A stretch of 64,000 nt of DNA from Minicystis rosea (GCA_001931535.1 CP016211.1:4631573-4695572), one strand, 5' to 3'. Counted from the first letter of the stretch, positions 1 to 9,318 are shown. Numbers and translations are program-made. Notes: generated from the sequence alone by a model not told the origin.

Positions 1-609
1 CGACCACGTGGCGGGCCCGAAGTGCCGGGGGTGCTCCCTTGCCGGAGACCGCGCCAGAGGAGGCGTGCGGAACTGACCTGCTCGGGAAGACCGGAGCTGT
101 TGCGCGGCCCGCAGATCGCCGAAGCGCAGGAGCAACCCGAGCGCGAGGATGAACGCCGTCACCGCGAAGAGCTGCAGGGCCGGCAGCTCGGAGGGCCCCT
201 GGATCAGGACGTGGCGTAGCGTCCCCACGATGGTGACCTCCACCATCACGTCCACCGAGACGTGGTGATCGCGCAGATAGATGAGGAGGAGCCGGAACAG
301 CTCGACGAGCACGAGCACGAAGAGCGTCTCGCCGAGCACGAGGTTCACCGGCACCGAGGGGGCGATGGCGTGCTCCACGAGCAGCACGAGCGACCGCACC
401 ATGGCGAGGAGGAGGGCGAGGGCGAGTGCCACGATGAGCACGTCCAGCACGGGCTCGAGGAAGCGGCGTACGAGCCGGTGCACAGCCGTGTAGGGCGTGT
501 CGTGATCCGTACGGGCATCGCGGTCGACGGCAATCGACGGTGCGGCGACCATCGCAGCGCCGGACTCCTCCTCGGATCGCGAAGGCGCTCCCTCGCCTCG
601 CTCGGTCAT
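1..609 (-). CDS. PsiE-family-like inner-membrane protein, partial; its 3' end lies beyond the window start
   Basis: Hand translation of the minus strand from ATG 609..607 gives MTERGEG...LVLGETLFVLVLVELFRLLLIYLRDHHVSVDVMVEVTIVGTLRHVLI. It has TM segments and the PsiE-like ELFRxLIxYLRD motif. There is no stop before position 1. It is absent from the ORF track because it runs off the window. Its start overlaps the hsp20 stop (ATGA). Confidence 0.5.
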   Translation of the reverse strand, partial: MTERGEGAPSRSEEESGAAMVAAPSIAVDRDARTDHDTPYTAVHRLVRRFLEPVLDVLIVALALALLLAMVRSLVLLVEHAIAPSVPVNLVLGETLFVLVLVELFRLLLIYLRDHHVSVDVMVEVTIVGTLRHVLIQGPSELPALQLFAVTAFILALGLLLRFGDLRAAQQLRSSRAGQFRTPPLARSPAREHPRHFGPATWS

Positions 610-1079
610 GCCGCCTTCTTCTGGGTCGGCTGGGTGGTCGTGCCTTCCTTCCCGGCCTCCTCCTTCTTGGTGTCTTGACCCGCGGACAGCTCCTTTCCGC
701 CCGCCTCCTTGCCGCCGATCTCGATGCGACGCGACTGCATCTCCGCCTTCTTGGGGATGGTGAGGTGGAGCACGCCGTCCCGGAGCTCGGCCTTGACCTT
801 GCCGAGGTCGGCCCCCTCGGGGATCACGAACGAGCGGCTGAACGAACCGTAGGCACGCTCGTAGGCGAAGAACCGATCGTCCTCGCGCCGGTCCTCCTGA
901 ACGCGCTTCCCGCTCACCGTGAGGCGGTTGCCGGTGATGTCGACTTCGACGTCCTGCTCGCGCACGCCGGGCAGATCCAGGGTGAGCTCGTAGCTGTCCT
1001 TGGTCTCCTTGATCTCGAGGTCGGGCGCGAACATCTCCGCCGTCGCCGGGACCGAGCCAGCGAACGGATCGCCGCCCAT
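606..1079 (-). CDS. Hsp20/alpha-crystallin family small heat-shock protein
   Basis: Internal ATG of ORF 606..1301. MGGDPFAGS...SYELTLDLPGVREQDVEVDITGNRLTVSGKR...LHLTIPK is a typical alpha-crystallin domain, with a Lys/Glu-rich C-terminal tail. Confidence 0.8.
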   Translation of the reverse strand: MGGDPFAGSVPATAEMFAPDLEIKETKDSYELTLDLPGVREQDVEVDITGNRLTVSGKRVQEDRREDDRFFAYERAYGSFSRSFVIPEGADLGKVKAELRDGVLHLTIPKKAEMQSRRIEIGGKEAGGKELSAGQDTKKEEAGKEGTTTQPTQKKAA

Positions 1080-1341
1080 GAGATCACGGATCAAACGGAA
1101 CGGGTCCAGCGCGCGGGCCGGATCGAGGATGCTAGCGAGCGCCTCGCGGGGCTCGCTCCTTCGAGTGGTGATGTTGGCTACCGCAGCCTCCTTCTCGTCC
1201 TCGCCGGAGCACGAACCGTGCGCGGAGCGCCGTCGGAGCTGCGCCGCGTACGACCGGGCGTCATCCGGGCTGACCTCGCGTCGCCGCCGGAGGTGGCGCA
1301 CGGGATGCAGAATCTTCGGCGCTCACGGAGGAGGAGCACCC

Positions 1342-1985
1342 ATGAACGACCATGAGCTGCGGCTCGCCGTCCTCGATGAGCTGGCCTGGGAGCCGAGCGT
1401 CGACGCAACCAACATCGGTGTCTCGGTCAAGGACGGCATCGTCACCCTCACCGGACGCGTGCCCTCCTACGCGCAGAAGCCGAGGCGGCCGCCAAGCGCG
1501 TCTACGGCGTGAGGGCCATCGCCAACGAGATCGAGGTCGAGCTGCCGGGCGAGAGCCGGCGCCGCGACGAGGACATCGCCGCAGAGGCCCTCGCCAGCCT
1601 ACGGTCCAACGTCTTGGTACCGGCCGACAAGATCAAGCTCACGGTGAGCAAGGGGTGGGTGACGCTGGAAGGCGAGGTGGACTGGCAGTTCGAGAAGGAG
1701 GAGGCGGAAAAGACCGTTCGCAGCCTGCGCGGTGTGCGGGGCGTGAACAATTCGATCACGGTCAAGCCGCATGTGGCGCCGACCGAGATCAAGGCGAAGA
1801 TCGAGGACGCGCTCAAGCGCAGCGCCGAGACGGACGCTCGCCGCATCAACGTCGAGGTCGAGGGCGGCAAGGTGATCCTGCGCGGCTACGTGCGTTCGTG
1901 GGCCGAGCGGGAGGATGCCGAGCGTGCCGCGTGGTCGGCCCCGGGGGTCTACCAGGTCGAGAACTACATCACCGTCGTCCCGTGA
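1342..1985 (+). CDS. BON-domain (OsmY-like) protein, interrupted by an apparent 1-nt deletion near 1478-1481
   Basis: ATG 1342 preceded by GGAGGA. Frame 1 reads [46 protein letters not shown]. Frame 0 continues [20 protein letters not shown]...second BON domain, to stop 1985. A missing G in cagaaGGcc restores a ~214-aa two-BON protein. Confidence 0.7.
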
Positions 1986-2062
1986 CGACGCGCCACGAGC
2001 TGTCGCGATCACGAGCCGGCGGGCCGGAGCCGTTGACGCGCCACGGGCGCGAGGGGGTTACC

Positions 2063-2653
2063 ATGGTTCGTTCCGTTGGAGAGTCCGAAACGACGATTAT
2101 CGAAGTGGTCGACGTCGACACCGTGCGCGAGAGCCGAAGTTGGTTTCTGGGGCTCGGCCTCGCCTTCGCGGTCCTCGGCGTCCTCGCGATCATCCTGCCC
2201 TTCATCGCCTCGCTGGTCACCACCATCGTGATCGGGTGGCTGATGCTGCTCGGCGGTCTCTTCCAGGGCTACCACGCGATCAGAAACCGGCGCTGGGCCG
2301 GCTCCGGCTGGGCCATCGCGAGCGCCGCGATCCAGGTGATCGCCGGTGTGCTCGTCATCCTGTTCCCGCTCGCCGGCACGCTGTCGCTCACGTTGATCCT
2401 GGCGGCGTACCTCGCGGCCGAGGGCGCGTTCAAGATCATCCGCGCCATCCAGCACCGCCGGATGCCTGCGCGCGGTTGGCTCGTGTTCGATGGCATCCTG
2501 TCGCTGGCGCTCGCGATCCTGATTCTCGCGATCTGGCCGGGCGCCGCCGTGTGGGTGCTCGGCCTGATCGTGGGCGTCAACCTGCTCTTCGGCGGCATCT
2601 CGATGCTGCTGATCGGGCTCGGCGCGGGCCCCGTCCTCCCGGCGCGCCCGTGA
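2063..2653 (+). CDS. HdeD-like (DUF308) acid-resistance membrane protein
   Basis: ATG 2063 with a GAGGGGG RBS. Several TM helices with the conserved GxxxG / YHAIRNRRW..GW pattern of the HdeD family. Confidence 0.7.
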   Translation: MVRSVGESETTIIEVVDVDTVRESRSWFLGLGLAFAVLGVLAIILPFIASLVTTIVIGWLMLLGGLFQGYHAIRNRRWAGSGWAIASAAIQVIAGVLVILFPLAGTLSLTLILAAYLAAEGAFKIIRAIQHRRMPARGWLVFDGILSLALAILILAIWPGAAVWVLGLIVGVNLLFGGISMLLIGLGAGPVLPARP

Positions 2654-2738
2654 CCTGCGCGCGGGCGGCGCGCACCGGCGGTGTCTTGTCGTGCCTAGGC
2701 GGGAGCCGCATGCTCGACCGACGAGAGGGGAAAACATC

Positions 2739-3278
2739 ATGAGCAAGCTCAACCCGCCCGTGGGCCCGAACGATCATGTCCGCGGAAGTCCGGACGCGCT
2801 CGTCACGCTGGTCGAATATGGTGATTTCGAGTGCCCGTACTGCGGCCGCGCGCACCTCGCCCTTCAGGAGGTGGAGAGACGAATGGGACGCGACATGCGC
2901 CTCGTCTTCCGCCACTTCCCGCTCGCCGAGCTGCACCCGCACGCGGTCGCGGCGGCCGAGGCGGCCGAGGCCGCCGGCGCGCAGAGGAAGTTCTGGCCGA
3001 TGCACGACATGCTCTACGAGAACCAGAACGCGCTCGAGATCGAGGACCTCGTCGGCTACGCGAACGCCCTCGGGCTCGACACCGAGCAATTCACCGGCGA
3101 CCTCGTGTCCCATGCCCACCTCGGCCGGGTGCAGCGCGACTTCCAGTCCGGCGTGCAGAGCGGCGTCAGAGGCACACCGACGTTCTTCATCAACGACGTG
3201 CTCTACGAGGACAGCTGGGATCCCGACACGCTCACCATCGCGCTGAGGGCGGCAACCATCCGCGCGAAGGCGGCGTAG
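2739..3278 (+). CDS. DsbA-family thioredoxin-fold thiol:disulfide oxidoreductase
   Basis: ATG 2739 with a GAGAGGGG RBS. CPYC active-site motif in YGDFECPYCGRAH. The DsbA-like C-terminus has TPTFFINDV. Confidence 0.8.
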   Translation: MSKLNPPVGPNDHVRGSPDALVTLVEYGDFECPYCGRAHLALQEVERRMGRDMRLVFRHFPLAELHPHAVAAAEAAEAAGAQRKFWPMHDMLYENQNALEIEDLVGYANALGLDTEQFTGDLVSHAHLGRVQRDFQSGVQSGVRGTPTFFINDVLYEDSWDPDTLTIALRAATIRAKAA

Positions 3279-3838
3279 TCACGCCGCCTTCGCCGAGCGG
3301 AGGATCGCGGCGCGCCGCTGGTCGAGGACACTCCGCAGATCGTCGGCCGAGGCCGCGAACCTGGCCAGCCCGTCCACGAGCAGCTCGCCGGCGATCGCGT
3401 CGATGGAGATCCCACGGCGCGCCAGGGCCTCGAGGACGCGCCGGGCGCCCTCCATGTCTTCTTCCAGGCTGGGGCGCACGCGGCCGTGATCGAGGAACGC
3501 CTTCAGCGTAGCCGGCAGCAGCGTGCTCACGGTGCCTTTACCGATCAGCTCTTCCACGTAAACCACCTCGCGGCGCCGCGGATCCTTGGTGCCGGTGCTC
3601 GCCCACAGCGGGCGCTGCGGCCGCGCGCCCCACGCGGCGAGCGCCGCCATCCGCGGGGCTCGACACGATCTCCTGATGGGCCTGATGAATGACCTTGGCA
3701 TTGGCGATCGCGACCCGTCCGACGAGCGACGCGATCTCCGCGCGCTCCGGCTCGGGGGCGGTGCGCGCCCGCTCCTCGAGCCGGGGATCGACGAGCACGT
3801 CGATGCGGCACGCCGAGACCTTGAACTTCCGCGAGGTC
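3279..3838 (-). pseudogene. tal: Long-type transaldolase, C-terminal ~185-aa remnant; 5'-truncated with an internal frameshift
   Basis: Minus-strand frames contain FKVSACRIDVLVDPRLEE, GRVAIANAKVIHQAHQEIV and, after a frame change at about 3610-3640, GARPQRPLWASTGTKDP...VYVEELIGKGTVSTLLPATLKAFLDHGRV...IDAIAGELLVDGLARF, all hallmark type-2 Tal motifs. The N-terminal half is absent. Confidence 0.6.
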
Positions 3839-4063
3839 GACAAGCTCCCCATGGGCGCGGTGATGAACAAGGCGCTCGTGATCCGCACGGGCCAGCAGCA
3901 CGGGCAGCGCTACATCCCGCGGCTGATCGAACACATCGTCCGCGGCGAGATCGATCCCACGGACCTCGCCACCCACCGCCTGCCCATCGAGGAGGCGCTA
4001 CGCGGGTACGACCTGTTCGCGAGCCGCAAGGACGGCTGCCTGCGCGTCGTCTTCTCCCCGTGA
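3806..4063 (+). pseudogene. Zn-dependent alcohol/formaldehyde dehydrogenase, C-terminal ~80-aa remnant
   Basis: The 3' end of ORF 3689..4063 reads KALVIRTGQQHGQRYIPRLIEHIVRGEIDPTDLATHRLPIEEALRGYDLFASRKDGCLRVVFSP followed by a stop. It aligns with the C-terminus of the intact paralogue at 4652..5851. No upstream Rossmann or GroES part is present. Confidence 0.55.
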
Positions 4064-4119
4064 CCGGCCGCAGGCACCACCGCCCACGCGGACCGCGCGT
4101 CGAGGCGAGGTGCAGGACC

Positions 4120-4270
4120 ATCGGCTTCGTCCCGGCGGGGACGGTGACCTTCGTGCAGCGGTTCAGCGCGACGTTGCAGAGCTTCGTGCATCTGCACGTC
4201 GCCGCCATCGACGGTGTCTTCACCTGCGAGACGAGGGGCGGCGCCGTCTTCCACGAGGGCCGCGCCCCAC
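4120..4270 (+). pseudogene. IS91-family (Y2/HUH rolling-circle) transposase, internal fragment
   Basis: ORF 3586..4647 (frame 1) contains IGFVPAGTVTFVQRFSATLQSFVHLHVAAIDGVFTCETRGG, which matches the conserved TFxQRFGSxLNLxxHxHxLxxDGV core of IS91-type transposases. The flanking sequence is non-coding-like. Confidence 0.4.
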
Positions 4271-4651
4271 GCCGAGCGCGACGCCCGCCTGCTCGGTCGG
4301 CCCGTGGTGCCCATGGTACACGAGTGGTTCGCACACCGCCCCGGGCCCGTGACCACCGTCGCCGCGCGCACACGACGGTGACGGGCGCGCGTGAGCGCGC
4401 CCCACCGGGCTCATTCAGGGCCTCGGTGCGCCGTGCCTCATCGTGGTGGCGCCGACGTTGCATCGATGGCTCGCCTCGCGATCCCACGAGGATCGCTGCC
4501 CGAACGCTGGATGCGCCGAGCGGGCACGAGGAAGGACGGAAGGCGGAGGGCCGTCTTCGCTCGACACTCCACGTCTCGCTGCGGGCCGAGGGCGCCGCCC
4601 GGGCGCCTCGCGGTCTCGCGTGCGCGCTCGACGGGAAAGGGGAATGAGGTC

Positions 4652-5851
4652 ATGGCAGCCAATCGTGCGGTTGTGTATCAGGCACCTCGGAAGGTCGAGG
4701 TTCAAAGCAGGGACTATCCCAAGATGGCCGATCCGCGCGGCCGGAAGCTGGAGCACGCGGTCATCCTCAAGGTCCTGGCGACCAACATCTGCGGCAGCGA
4801 CATGCATATCTACCGGGGCCGGTTCCCGTTCCCGAAGGGGGACCAGCTCGGCCACGAGATCACCGGCGAGGTAATCGAGCTGGGGAGCGACGTGGAGTAC
4901 ATCAAGAAGGGCGATCTCGTCTCGGTGCCCTTCAACGTCGCCTGCGGACGCTGCCGCAACTGCCGGGAGCGGCACACCGACGTGTGCATGAACACGAACC
5001 CGGCAGTCGCGTGCGGGGCATACGGCTTCAACCTCGGCGGCTGGCAGGGCGGGCAGGCCGAGTACCACATGGTGCCCTACGCCGACTTCCAGCTCCTGAA
5101 GTTCCCCGACAAGGACCGGGCGATGGCGAAGATCAAGGATCTTGCCCTCCTCTCGGACATCCTCCCGACCGGGTACCACGGGTGCGTGGAGGCGGGGGTG
5201 AAGACGGGATCCACGGTGTACATCGGCGGAGCCGGCCCTGTCGGCCGCGCCGCAGCCGCCTCCGCGCGCCTCCTGGGCGCGTCCTGCATCATCGTCGGCG
5301 ACCCGAACCCCGCCCGGCGGGCGCTCGTGAAGAGGGCAGGATACGAGGTCGTGGACACGACCTCGCAGACGCCGCTGCCCGACCAGATCGAGGCGATCCT
5401 CGGCGAGCGAGAGGTCGACTGCGGCGTGGACTGCGTGGGCTTCGAGGCGCACGGCTACGGCAAGATGGCCGGCGAGGAGGAGCCCGAGGCGGTGATCAAC
5501 GCGCTCTTCGGGGTCGTCCGCGCCGGCGGCGCGATGGGCGTCCCCGGCATCTATGAGGAGGGCGATCCCCACGCCAGGGACGAGGAGCACAAGAGGGGGA
5601 AGCTGAGCCTCGATTTCGGCAAGGCGTGGATCAAGTCGCCCTCGATGACCGCGGGCCAGGCGCCCATCATGCGGTACAACCGGGACCTGATGATGGCCAT
5701 TCTGTGGGGCCGGATGGAGTACCTGAGCGAGGTCATCAACCCCGAGGTCATCAAGCTCGAACAGGCGGTCGAGGCCTATCAGCTGTTCGACCGCGGTGAG
5801 CCGAAGAAGTACATCATCGACCCCCACGGCAGCCTGGCGAAGGCGGCGTAG
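4652..5851 (+). CDS. fdhA: Glutathione-independent formaldehyde dehydrogenase (Zn-dependent MDR family, FdhA-like)
   Basis: ATG 4652 with 399 aa. MAANRAVVYQ...ATNICGSDMHIYRGRF (GroES-like, Zn ligands), GGAGPVGRAAAASARLLGA (NAD fold) and a C-terminus typical of FdhA-type enzymes. Confidence 0.85.
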   Translation: MAANRAVVYQAPRKVEVQSRDYPKMADPRGRKLEHAVILKVLATNICGSDMHIYRGRFPFPKGDQLGHEITGEVIELGSDVEYIKKGDLVSVPFNVACGRCRNCRERHTDVCMNTNPAVACGAYGFNLGGWQGGQAEYHMVPYADFQLLKFPDKDRAMAKIKDLALLSDILPTGYHGCVEAGVKTGSTVYIGGAGPVGRAAAASARLLGASCIIVGDPNPARRALVKRAGYEVVDTTSQTPLPDQIEAILGEREVDCGVDCVGFEAHGYGKMAGEEEPEAVINALFGVVRAGGAMGVPGIYEEGDPHARDEEHKRGKLSLDFGKAWIKSPSMTAGQAPIMRYNRDLMMAILWGRMEYLSEVINPEVIKLEQAVEAYQLFDRGEPKKYIIDPHGSLAKAA

Positions 5852-6005
5852 AACGGACGCCGAGCTCGTCAAGGGAACCTCCTTGGACGCGGGCAACGTA
5901 GCGCCGGGGCGCCGGGGAGGAACCGGGGCGCAACGAACGACTCCCAGGCAGGGCCGGCGCCGACGGACCGCGGCGTGCAGGGGCGCCTCCGCGGCGGCGC
6001 GATCG

Positions 6006-6690
6006 TCACGCGCCCCCGACGCTGGGGCTAAACACATCGGGGCTCGCCGCGTTGCGCGCCATGAACGCAAAGAGCCGCTCTCGCATGGCCTTCATCTCGC
6101 CCTTGCTCGTCGCGAGGAGCCGCTCCCGCCGATGAAATAGGTGACCATGCCGAAATCGATCGGCTGGTGATCCAGCGCGACCCGCTCGAGCGGGCACCGG
6201 AGGTCGGGCGTCTGCATGAACCCGGTGTGGACGAGCACCGGTGCATGCCGCGCCCGAGATCGCGCACTTCGACGCTCTCCTCCAAGGGAACGCGGGGGAC
6301 GTGCTCGGTCAGCACCGTCACGAGGAGCACGGTGTCGTGGAGCGCGCGCGTGCTCCGCGTGGTGCAGCAGGATCGAGGGATGCCGATCGGGGTCGCGGTA
6401 AGGAATACCGCGGTCCCCGGTACGCGCCGCGCGCCGTCGGCAAGGAGCCGCTCGAACCAGGCACGCGAGCGCATCGCCGCTTCGCGCAGCCGTCGACCGA
6501 GCAGCACGCGGCGGCGCTTCCACGTGGACATCAGCGAGAACACGACGACGGCGGCGACGAGGGGGACGTAGCCGCCCTGTACGAGCTTGGTCAGGTTGGC
6601 GCCGAAGAAGGGCAGGTTGAACGAGAGCAAGAGCAGGAGCACGGAGAGTGCTTTTGCCAGGGGCCAGCCCCAGCTCTGCCGGGTGACGAG
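6006..6690 (-). pseudogene. kup: Kup/HAK/KT potassium transporter, C-terminal third only, with at least 2 frameshifts
   Basis: Three minus-strand frames give consecutive Kup C-terminal motifs: RQSWGWPLAKALSVLLLLLSFNLPFFGANLTKLVQGGYVPL...TWKRRR...VPGTAVFLT; then PSILLHHAEHARA / LHDTVLLVTVLTEHVPRVP; then HTGFMQTPD...FGMVTYFIG / WRERLFAFMARNAA. No N-terminal 12-TM core lies upstream. Confidence 0.65.
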
Positions 6691-6719
6691 AAAGCGCGGC
6701 GGGGGCGCGGATCGGTCAT

Positions 6720-7062
6720 CAGCGCGCTCGACCGAGAAGTCGTGCGTCGCGCTCGAACGCCTCCGGAATGGGCTCGGGCGCGCCGCGCGGCAACCCTCTC
6801 GAGATCTCGTCGTAAGGGCTGGGATCGGGCGGATCGACGACGATCTCGACCAGCACCTGATCGAACAAGCGCAGGAGCTCGGCGTCGGCGTGGAGCTCCG
6901 CGCTCCATTGCTCGACGGTCAGCCCGTGCTCGGCGCAGGCGCGCCGGACGATCTCGCAGCCCCCGGCTCCGTCTCGCGGACGATCCCGCACGCCCGGTCG
7001 GCGACGATCGCCTCCTCGATGTCGAGGATGACAGCCCCAATGTCTGCTCGATCGACGTCCAC
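6720..7062 (-). CDS. Hypothetical protein fragment (possibly frameshifted)
   Basis: Minus-strand GTG 7062 gives VDVDRADIGAVILDIEEAIVADRACGIVRETEPGAA, then a +1 frame gives EIVRRACAEHGLTVEQWSAELHADAELLRLFDQVLVEIVVDPPDP. Codon usage is gene-like but there is no recognisable family. Confidence 0.2.
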
Positions 7063-7311
7063 GCCCTCTGTTCAGCAAACGGCGGACCGCGCGCTCGCAG
7101 CGCTCGTGGTCATGGCCGCTGGCCAGCCTGGGCACCGACGGGCTCCCCCATTGCCATCGGGGGATTCGACACCACAGCCACGACCGGGAGAGGAGCCAGG
7201 CACTGGCGAGCTGACGAACAGCGCACCCGTTTCCGTGCCGCCGGACACCGACGTGCAGAATGCGGCGGCGACGAGAGCAGCCAGAGCGCTTCGGCCGCGA
7301 GGGAAAGCGCC

Positions 7312-9318
7312 ATGAGAACCGTCGAGTCGATCCACATCGATCCCGTCCACGATCGCGACCCCAAGAACCTCGCAGCCGACGCCTCTGCCTTGCGCGCCCT
7401 CGCGCAGGCCGCCGTCAGCGTGGAGCTGTTCACGATCCCGCTCTACATGGTGCCCTTGTACTCGATTCAGGGCATGCACCAGATCAACGCCTCCGAACAG
7501 ACGTTCTACAAGGGACGCTGGTGGCCCGGGGCAGCAACGACGCACTCGCCGACGAGCGCCAACGAGCGCGCCTTCAACATCCTCTTCAGCGTCTTCATCC
7601 AGGAGATGCTGCACCTCCAGCTCGCCGGCAACCTCGCCACGAGCATGGGCGTCACGCCGACCTTCACCAGCTCGATCCTCCAGACCGAGAGCGATGGCTG
7701 GAAGTGCTTCGGCCCCGACAACACCGTCATTCCCCACATCATCGATCTGCGCGACACGACCACCGTCACCGATGTCAAAGTCGCGCTCGGACCGCTGAAC
7801 GCCGCTCGGATCGAGCTCTTCCTCGCAGTCGAGGCGCCGGAGGGCCAGGCCAGGCAGCGCATCAATCCCGACAAGCTCGACGAGTACTTCCCCGCCGTGC
7901 CGTTCGCCGGCTGGAGCTCTGACATGACCGAGGCCGATCTGCCGATGTTTGGGACCATCGGATACATGTACGAGTGCATGGTTCATTACATGACCATGCG
8001 ATATAGCGACGGGACCACGCTCTGGCAGCACGTCTATGCGCCGAGCTCGGTCCAGCGCGAGCTGTTCAACACGCCGACCGGCGGGCACCCCATGCCCGAG
8101 TACCCCGGCATCTCGGCCGTGCTCCCGACGATCGGCGCGGAGGAGGCGCTCGGCGCCGCGGTCGACATCATCAGCGCGATCACGGACCAGGGCGAGGGCC
8201 GAACGATCACCCCGCCGCTGCGCGCGGTGCTGCTCGGCCACGGGGAGGCGCTCGCGTCCCTGGCAAACGAGGTCGCGACCGACTACCGCTCGTCCCGCAA
8301 GGGCCTGACCATCGATTACCCGAGCTACGACGACGACGGCCACCTCGCGCCCTCTGCAGACGCAGAAGCTCGCTTCGAGAACGACCGCAAGGATCACTAC
8401 GCGCGCATCCTCGAGATCAAGGAAGAGCTGCTCCCCGAGCTCGTGACCTGGGACGCGTGGCACGCCTCGCGCGGCGCGGCCCCATGGACGGCCAGGGACC
8501 TCACGATCGGCGACACCGACGAGGCCAGTGGCAACATCCCCAGGGCGGCCGAGGTCGCCGCGGCGCTGAGCCGGCTCAAGGCCAAGAACGCCGACGGCAG
8601 CGTGCTGCGGCAGCTCAGCCAGGTCGCCGCCGGCGCCATCGCCGGGGTCACCCGCGCGCTCGATGACTATTGGAAGGACCCGAACGTCGGTTTTCCCTAT
8701 CCCTCGATGGCCGGCTCCGGAGATCGCGTGTCGATTTGCTGGGCCGTGCTCGGCCAGGCCCCGGACCTCGCGCTGGGCATCGAGCAGCCCAGAAAGCACG
8801 CGCTCTATCACGCCTGCCAAGGCCTCGACCTCGAGCACCCCGGCGCCGGCGAGATGCCCGCGGTCACGACCTACCACACGTGCAAGGGCTCGAACGCCTG
8901 CAAAGCCCAGGGCGGTTGCGGCTACGTGCAATCGGTGGAGGGCGGCGGGAGCTGCCGCGGGGGCGGGGGCGGGGGCGCGACCAGTTGCGGCACGACCATC
9001 ACGTCCCAGGCGAGCTGCGGCCATCGAGGGATGCTCTACAGCGCGCCGACCGACAACAAGTGCGGTGCTTTGGGCGGCTGCGCCGTCCCCGTCTCGGCCT
9101 CGCAGCTTTACCCGTCGAGCGGCGAGATGGCGCTGTTCGACATCAAGGCCGACGGCCCGCCCAAACCCATCGGCACGATACCATTCACCTACGGCGAGCC
9201 CGTCTACGACGTCGCCTGGAGGGCCTATTGCGAGGTCCTCAGGGCGCGCGGCGAGAGCCCGCCGAGCGCGCCGCCTCCCGCCGACGATCTGCGTCTGGCC
9301 TTCCCACCCTCGACATGA
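7312..9318 (+). CDS. Ferritin-like (PF12902-type, ExxH di-iron motif) domain protein with a C-terminal 11-Cys module; candidate substrate/partner of the DUF692-DUF2063 enzymes
   Basis: ATG 7312 with a GAGGGA RBS, 668 aa. N-terminus: [25 protein letters not shown]...[17 protein letters not shown] (ferritin-like helices, ExxH). C-terminus: [96 protein letters not shown]. No signal peptide. The stop TGA overlaps the start of the next gene (ATGA). Confidence 0.75.
   Translation: MRTVESIHIDPVHDRDPKNLAADASALRALAQAAVSVELFTIPLYMVPLYSIQGMHQINASEQTFYKGRWWPGAATTHSPTSANERAFNILFSVFIQEMLHLQLAGNLATSMGVTPTFTSSILQTESDGWKCFGPDNTVIPHIIDLRDTTTVTDVKVALGPLNAARIELFLAVEAPEGQARQRINPDKLDEYFPAVPFAGWSSDMTEADLPMFGTIGYMYECMVHYMTMRYSDGTTLWQHVYAPSSVQRELFNTPTGGHPMPEYPGISAVLPTIGAEEALGAAVDIISAITDQGEGRTITPPLRAVLLGHGEALASLANEVATDYRSSRKGLTIDYPSYDDDGHLAPSADAEARFENDRKDHYARILEIKEELLPELVTWDAWHASRGAAPWTARDLTIGDTDEASGNIPRAAEVAAALSRLKAKNADGSVLRQLSQVAAGAIAGVTRALDDYWKDPNVGFPYPSMAGSGDRVSICWAVLGQAPDLALGIEQPRKHALYHACQGLDLEHPGAGEMPAVTTYHTCKGSNACKAQGGCGYVQSVEGGGSCRGGGGGGATSCGTTITSQASCGHRGMLYSAPTDNKCGALGGCAVPVSASQLYPSSGEMALFDIKADGPPKPIGTIPFTYGEPVYDVAWRAYCEVLRARGESPPSAPPPADDLRLAFPPST

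Noticed and set aside
1000-1341. N-terminal 114 codons of ORF 1000..1512
   Set aside because: This is a low-complexity Ser/Arg/Ala-rich translation overlapping the hsp20 gene on the opposite strand. BON homology and the RBS begin at ATG 1342.
7185-7215. Possible sigma-54 promoter (GGCAC...GC) upstream of the ferritin-like operon
   Set aside because: The spacing between the GG and GC elements is one nucleotide short of the -24/-12 consensus, and TTGC is not conserved. It is not reportable as a promoter.
6241-7311. N-terminal 357-codon extension of the ferritin-like ORF (6241..9318)
   Set aside because: The extension is Arg/Ala/Gly/Pro-rich with no ferritin homology and overlaps the kup remnant on the other strand. 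ATG 7312 has an RBS and begins the conserved domain.
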